Positions 23,875 to 25,152 of a DNA stretch of 25,152 bases are shown one piece after another. The notes beneath the pieces were generated by a model. It had not been told where the DNA came from. It ran no database searches and worked only from the letters and a program-made list of their open reading frames with translations. The DNA comes from a virus (lineage: Duplodnaviria > Caudoviricetes). The position numbers and the translations under genes are program-made. The DNA is taken from positions 1 to 25,152 of IMG/VR virus record IMGVR_UViG_3300020205_000903, one strand, 5' to 3'. Within the stretch, counting starts at the first letter, position 1, and every line of letters begins with the position of its first letter.

Positions 23875-24511
23875 CTATTCCTAATCTCCTTCGTAGCCCA
23901 TCTAAACCCTCATCTAATACTATAGAGTTTACATCACTTCCGAGTGGAAGAGGTATCAACTCTGCGTGTTCGACCTCTTGTAATACTTTCTCTGCAAGTT
24001 CCATTCCCGGATTGCTTCCATCTTTTTTATCATCGTTATCGGCCAAGACAAGGACTCTTCGATAGCCACCAAATAATCTATTGAAGTGTGGTCGCCAAGC
24101 TTTAACACCCGGCACTCCAACTGAAGGCAAGAGTTGACTTGCAATGACTGCATCCAACTCTCCCTCGCAAATTGCAATGGTATCCGAAGGCTTTTGTAGA
24201 TCAACTGCGTTGAACAATCTTGCTGGTTGATGCATTGGTGCCATGTATCTAGGCCCCGGAAGTTCATCGATCCTTCGGAACTTGAAACCTGCAACGCCAT
24301 TGACGACTCTGTATGGTATGGATAACCATCCAATGAATTGGACATGGCTCGGATCACAGTCGACTGGTACGCTTCCCAGCAGATGCTCGCTTGCCAGCTC
24401 CTGACTGAACCCCCGACCTTTTAGGTAAGAGACTGTCTCCTCGTTTATCTTTTTGTGATATGTCGTAGCCAAATCGTTTAGCAATGTCAGACGCTCTATC
24501 GAAAGCAACAC
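23861..24511 (-). CDS. DNA primase, catalytic TOPRIM part
   Basis: YLKGRG, IPY, KFRR, ICEGELDA, GVPGV and LADND motifs. Confidence 0.88.
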   Translation of the reverse strand: MLLSIERLTLLNDLATTYHKKINEETVSYLKGRGFSQELASEHLLGSVPVDCDPSHVQFIGWLSIPYRVVNGVAGFKFRRIDELPGPRYMAPMHQPARLFNAVDLQKPSDTIAICEGELDAVIASQLLPSVGVPGVKAWRPHFNRLFGGYRRVLVLADNDDKKDGSNPGMELAEKVLQEVEHAELIPLPLGSDVNSIVLDEGLDGLRRRLGIDERV

Positions 24512-24734
24512 GAAAATCCACCCCTTCTTTCCACATTAGTAATGAGTATGCATCTCCACCTATGCCACAGGTGTGGCAGAAGTAGAGTCCTGCTTTCTCT
24601 CCGTCTGTACTCATAACAGCAGACCTTCGAGTGTCGTTATGAAAGCAACATCTAACAGGCTTTGAATAACCTTCTCTTACTTCACCGCCATAGTGTTCGA
24701 CCACAGCCTTGAGAAGCTCTGGGTCGGCGGCCAT
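24354..24734 (-). CDS. DNA primase zinc-binding (CHC2) part
   Basis: CCFHND...S...YFCHTCGIGGDAYSLLMWKEGVDF; overlaps the TOPRIM ORF by 158 nt. Confidence 0.88.
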   Translation of the reverse strand: MAADPELLKAVVEHYGGEVREGYSKPVRCCFHNDTRRSAVMSTDGEKAGLYFCHTCGIGGDAYSLLMWKEGVDFRVAFDRASDIAKRFGYDISQKDKRGDSLLPKRSGVQSGAGKRASAGKRTSRL

Positions 24735-24925
24735 TAGTAAGTCTTTCTTACTGGCTTCTTCTTCTGTGTTCGTTCTAACTGCTTGAGATAGGAGTTGTAT
24801 TCTTCAATACGCTTCTCCATTTTCTTCTGTTCTAACCTTGCATCGAAGGTGTAATACAAGTGTTCTAAGAAGTGATACAAAGCAACACCTGCGATTACGA
24901 TCAATACCCCTGCTACTGTTTCCAT
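24734..24925 (-). CDS. Small single-TM membrane protein, 63 aa
   Basis: GGAGG SD; hydrophobic N-terminus and basic tail; TAATG coupling. Confidence 0.75.
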   Translation of the reverse strand: METVAGVLIVIAGVALYHFLEHLYYTFDARLEQKKMEKRIEEYNSYLKQLERTQKKKPVRKTY

Positions 24926-25152
24926 TTTAATACCTCCGTAAATGTATCTAACTCCATGATTACAAACGACTTACCTATGCCATGCTGTCTACGCTTAGCA
25001 ATAACGATTGGTATCGCTGGTGTAGATTTTCTTTTCTTTATCCAGTTCTTTACTTCAATACTTGCTTCCTCTACCCATGGCCCAAGCTTGAATGACTTCT
25101 CATTCTTTGCCTCGACTACGATAAAACTTTGGATGTCCGGTGCCCATAACCA
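24913..25152 (-). CDS. C-terminal part of a Holliday junction resolvase (PD-(D/E)xK type), truncated by the window edge
   Basis: Manual translation: WLWAPDIQSFIVVEAKNEKSFKLGPWVEEA...PIVIAKRRQHGIGKSFVIMELDTFTEVLKWKQ. ExK motif and KRR pattern; replication-module context. Confidence 0.7.
   Translation of the reverse strand, partial: WLWAPDIQSFIVVEAKNEKSFKLGPWVEEASIEVKNWIKKRKSTPAIPIVIAKRRQHGIGKSFVIMELDTFTEVLKWKQ

Overview
A 25 kb piece of a tailed dsDNA phage genome, most likely a short-tailed phage of Actinobacteria. The host inference rests on an Rpf-type transglycosylase, a DUF4192-like gene, a proteasome/HslV-type Ntn-hydrolase start, a Crp/GlxR box and a dif-like site. The window has three blocks. 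(1) A minus-strand virion operon (16816 to 1): terminase, portal, three small genes, four large putative internal/ejection proteins (one with LysM), scaffold, major capsid protein and small genes. (2) A ~0.8 kb non-coding divergence region (16817-17630) with hairpins, a perfect TGTGA-N6-TCACA box, a XerC/XerD dif-like site and heptamer repeats, followed by a plus-strand cluster of small, probably early genes (17631-21292), many of them Cys-rich microproteins below the ORF-track cut-off. (3) A converging minus-strand replication/modification operon (25152 to 21373): resolvase, split primase, DUF1599, sigma-like factor, C5 methyltransferase and an FmdB-type zinc ribbon. The most notable observations are: a promoter-driven ~45-nt hairpin RNA whose loop is antisense to a motif repeated in front of three early-gene ribosome-binding sites; a 28-bp dif-like site with no recombinase in the window; a tRNA-elbow-like structured leader before the scaffold/capsid genes; and a possible prfB-like +1 frameshift joining the split primase. 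All family assignments come from motif recognition by eye, not database searches.
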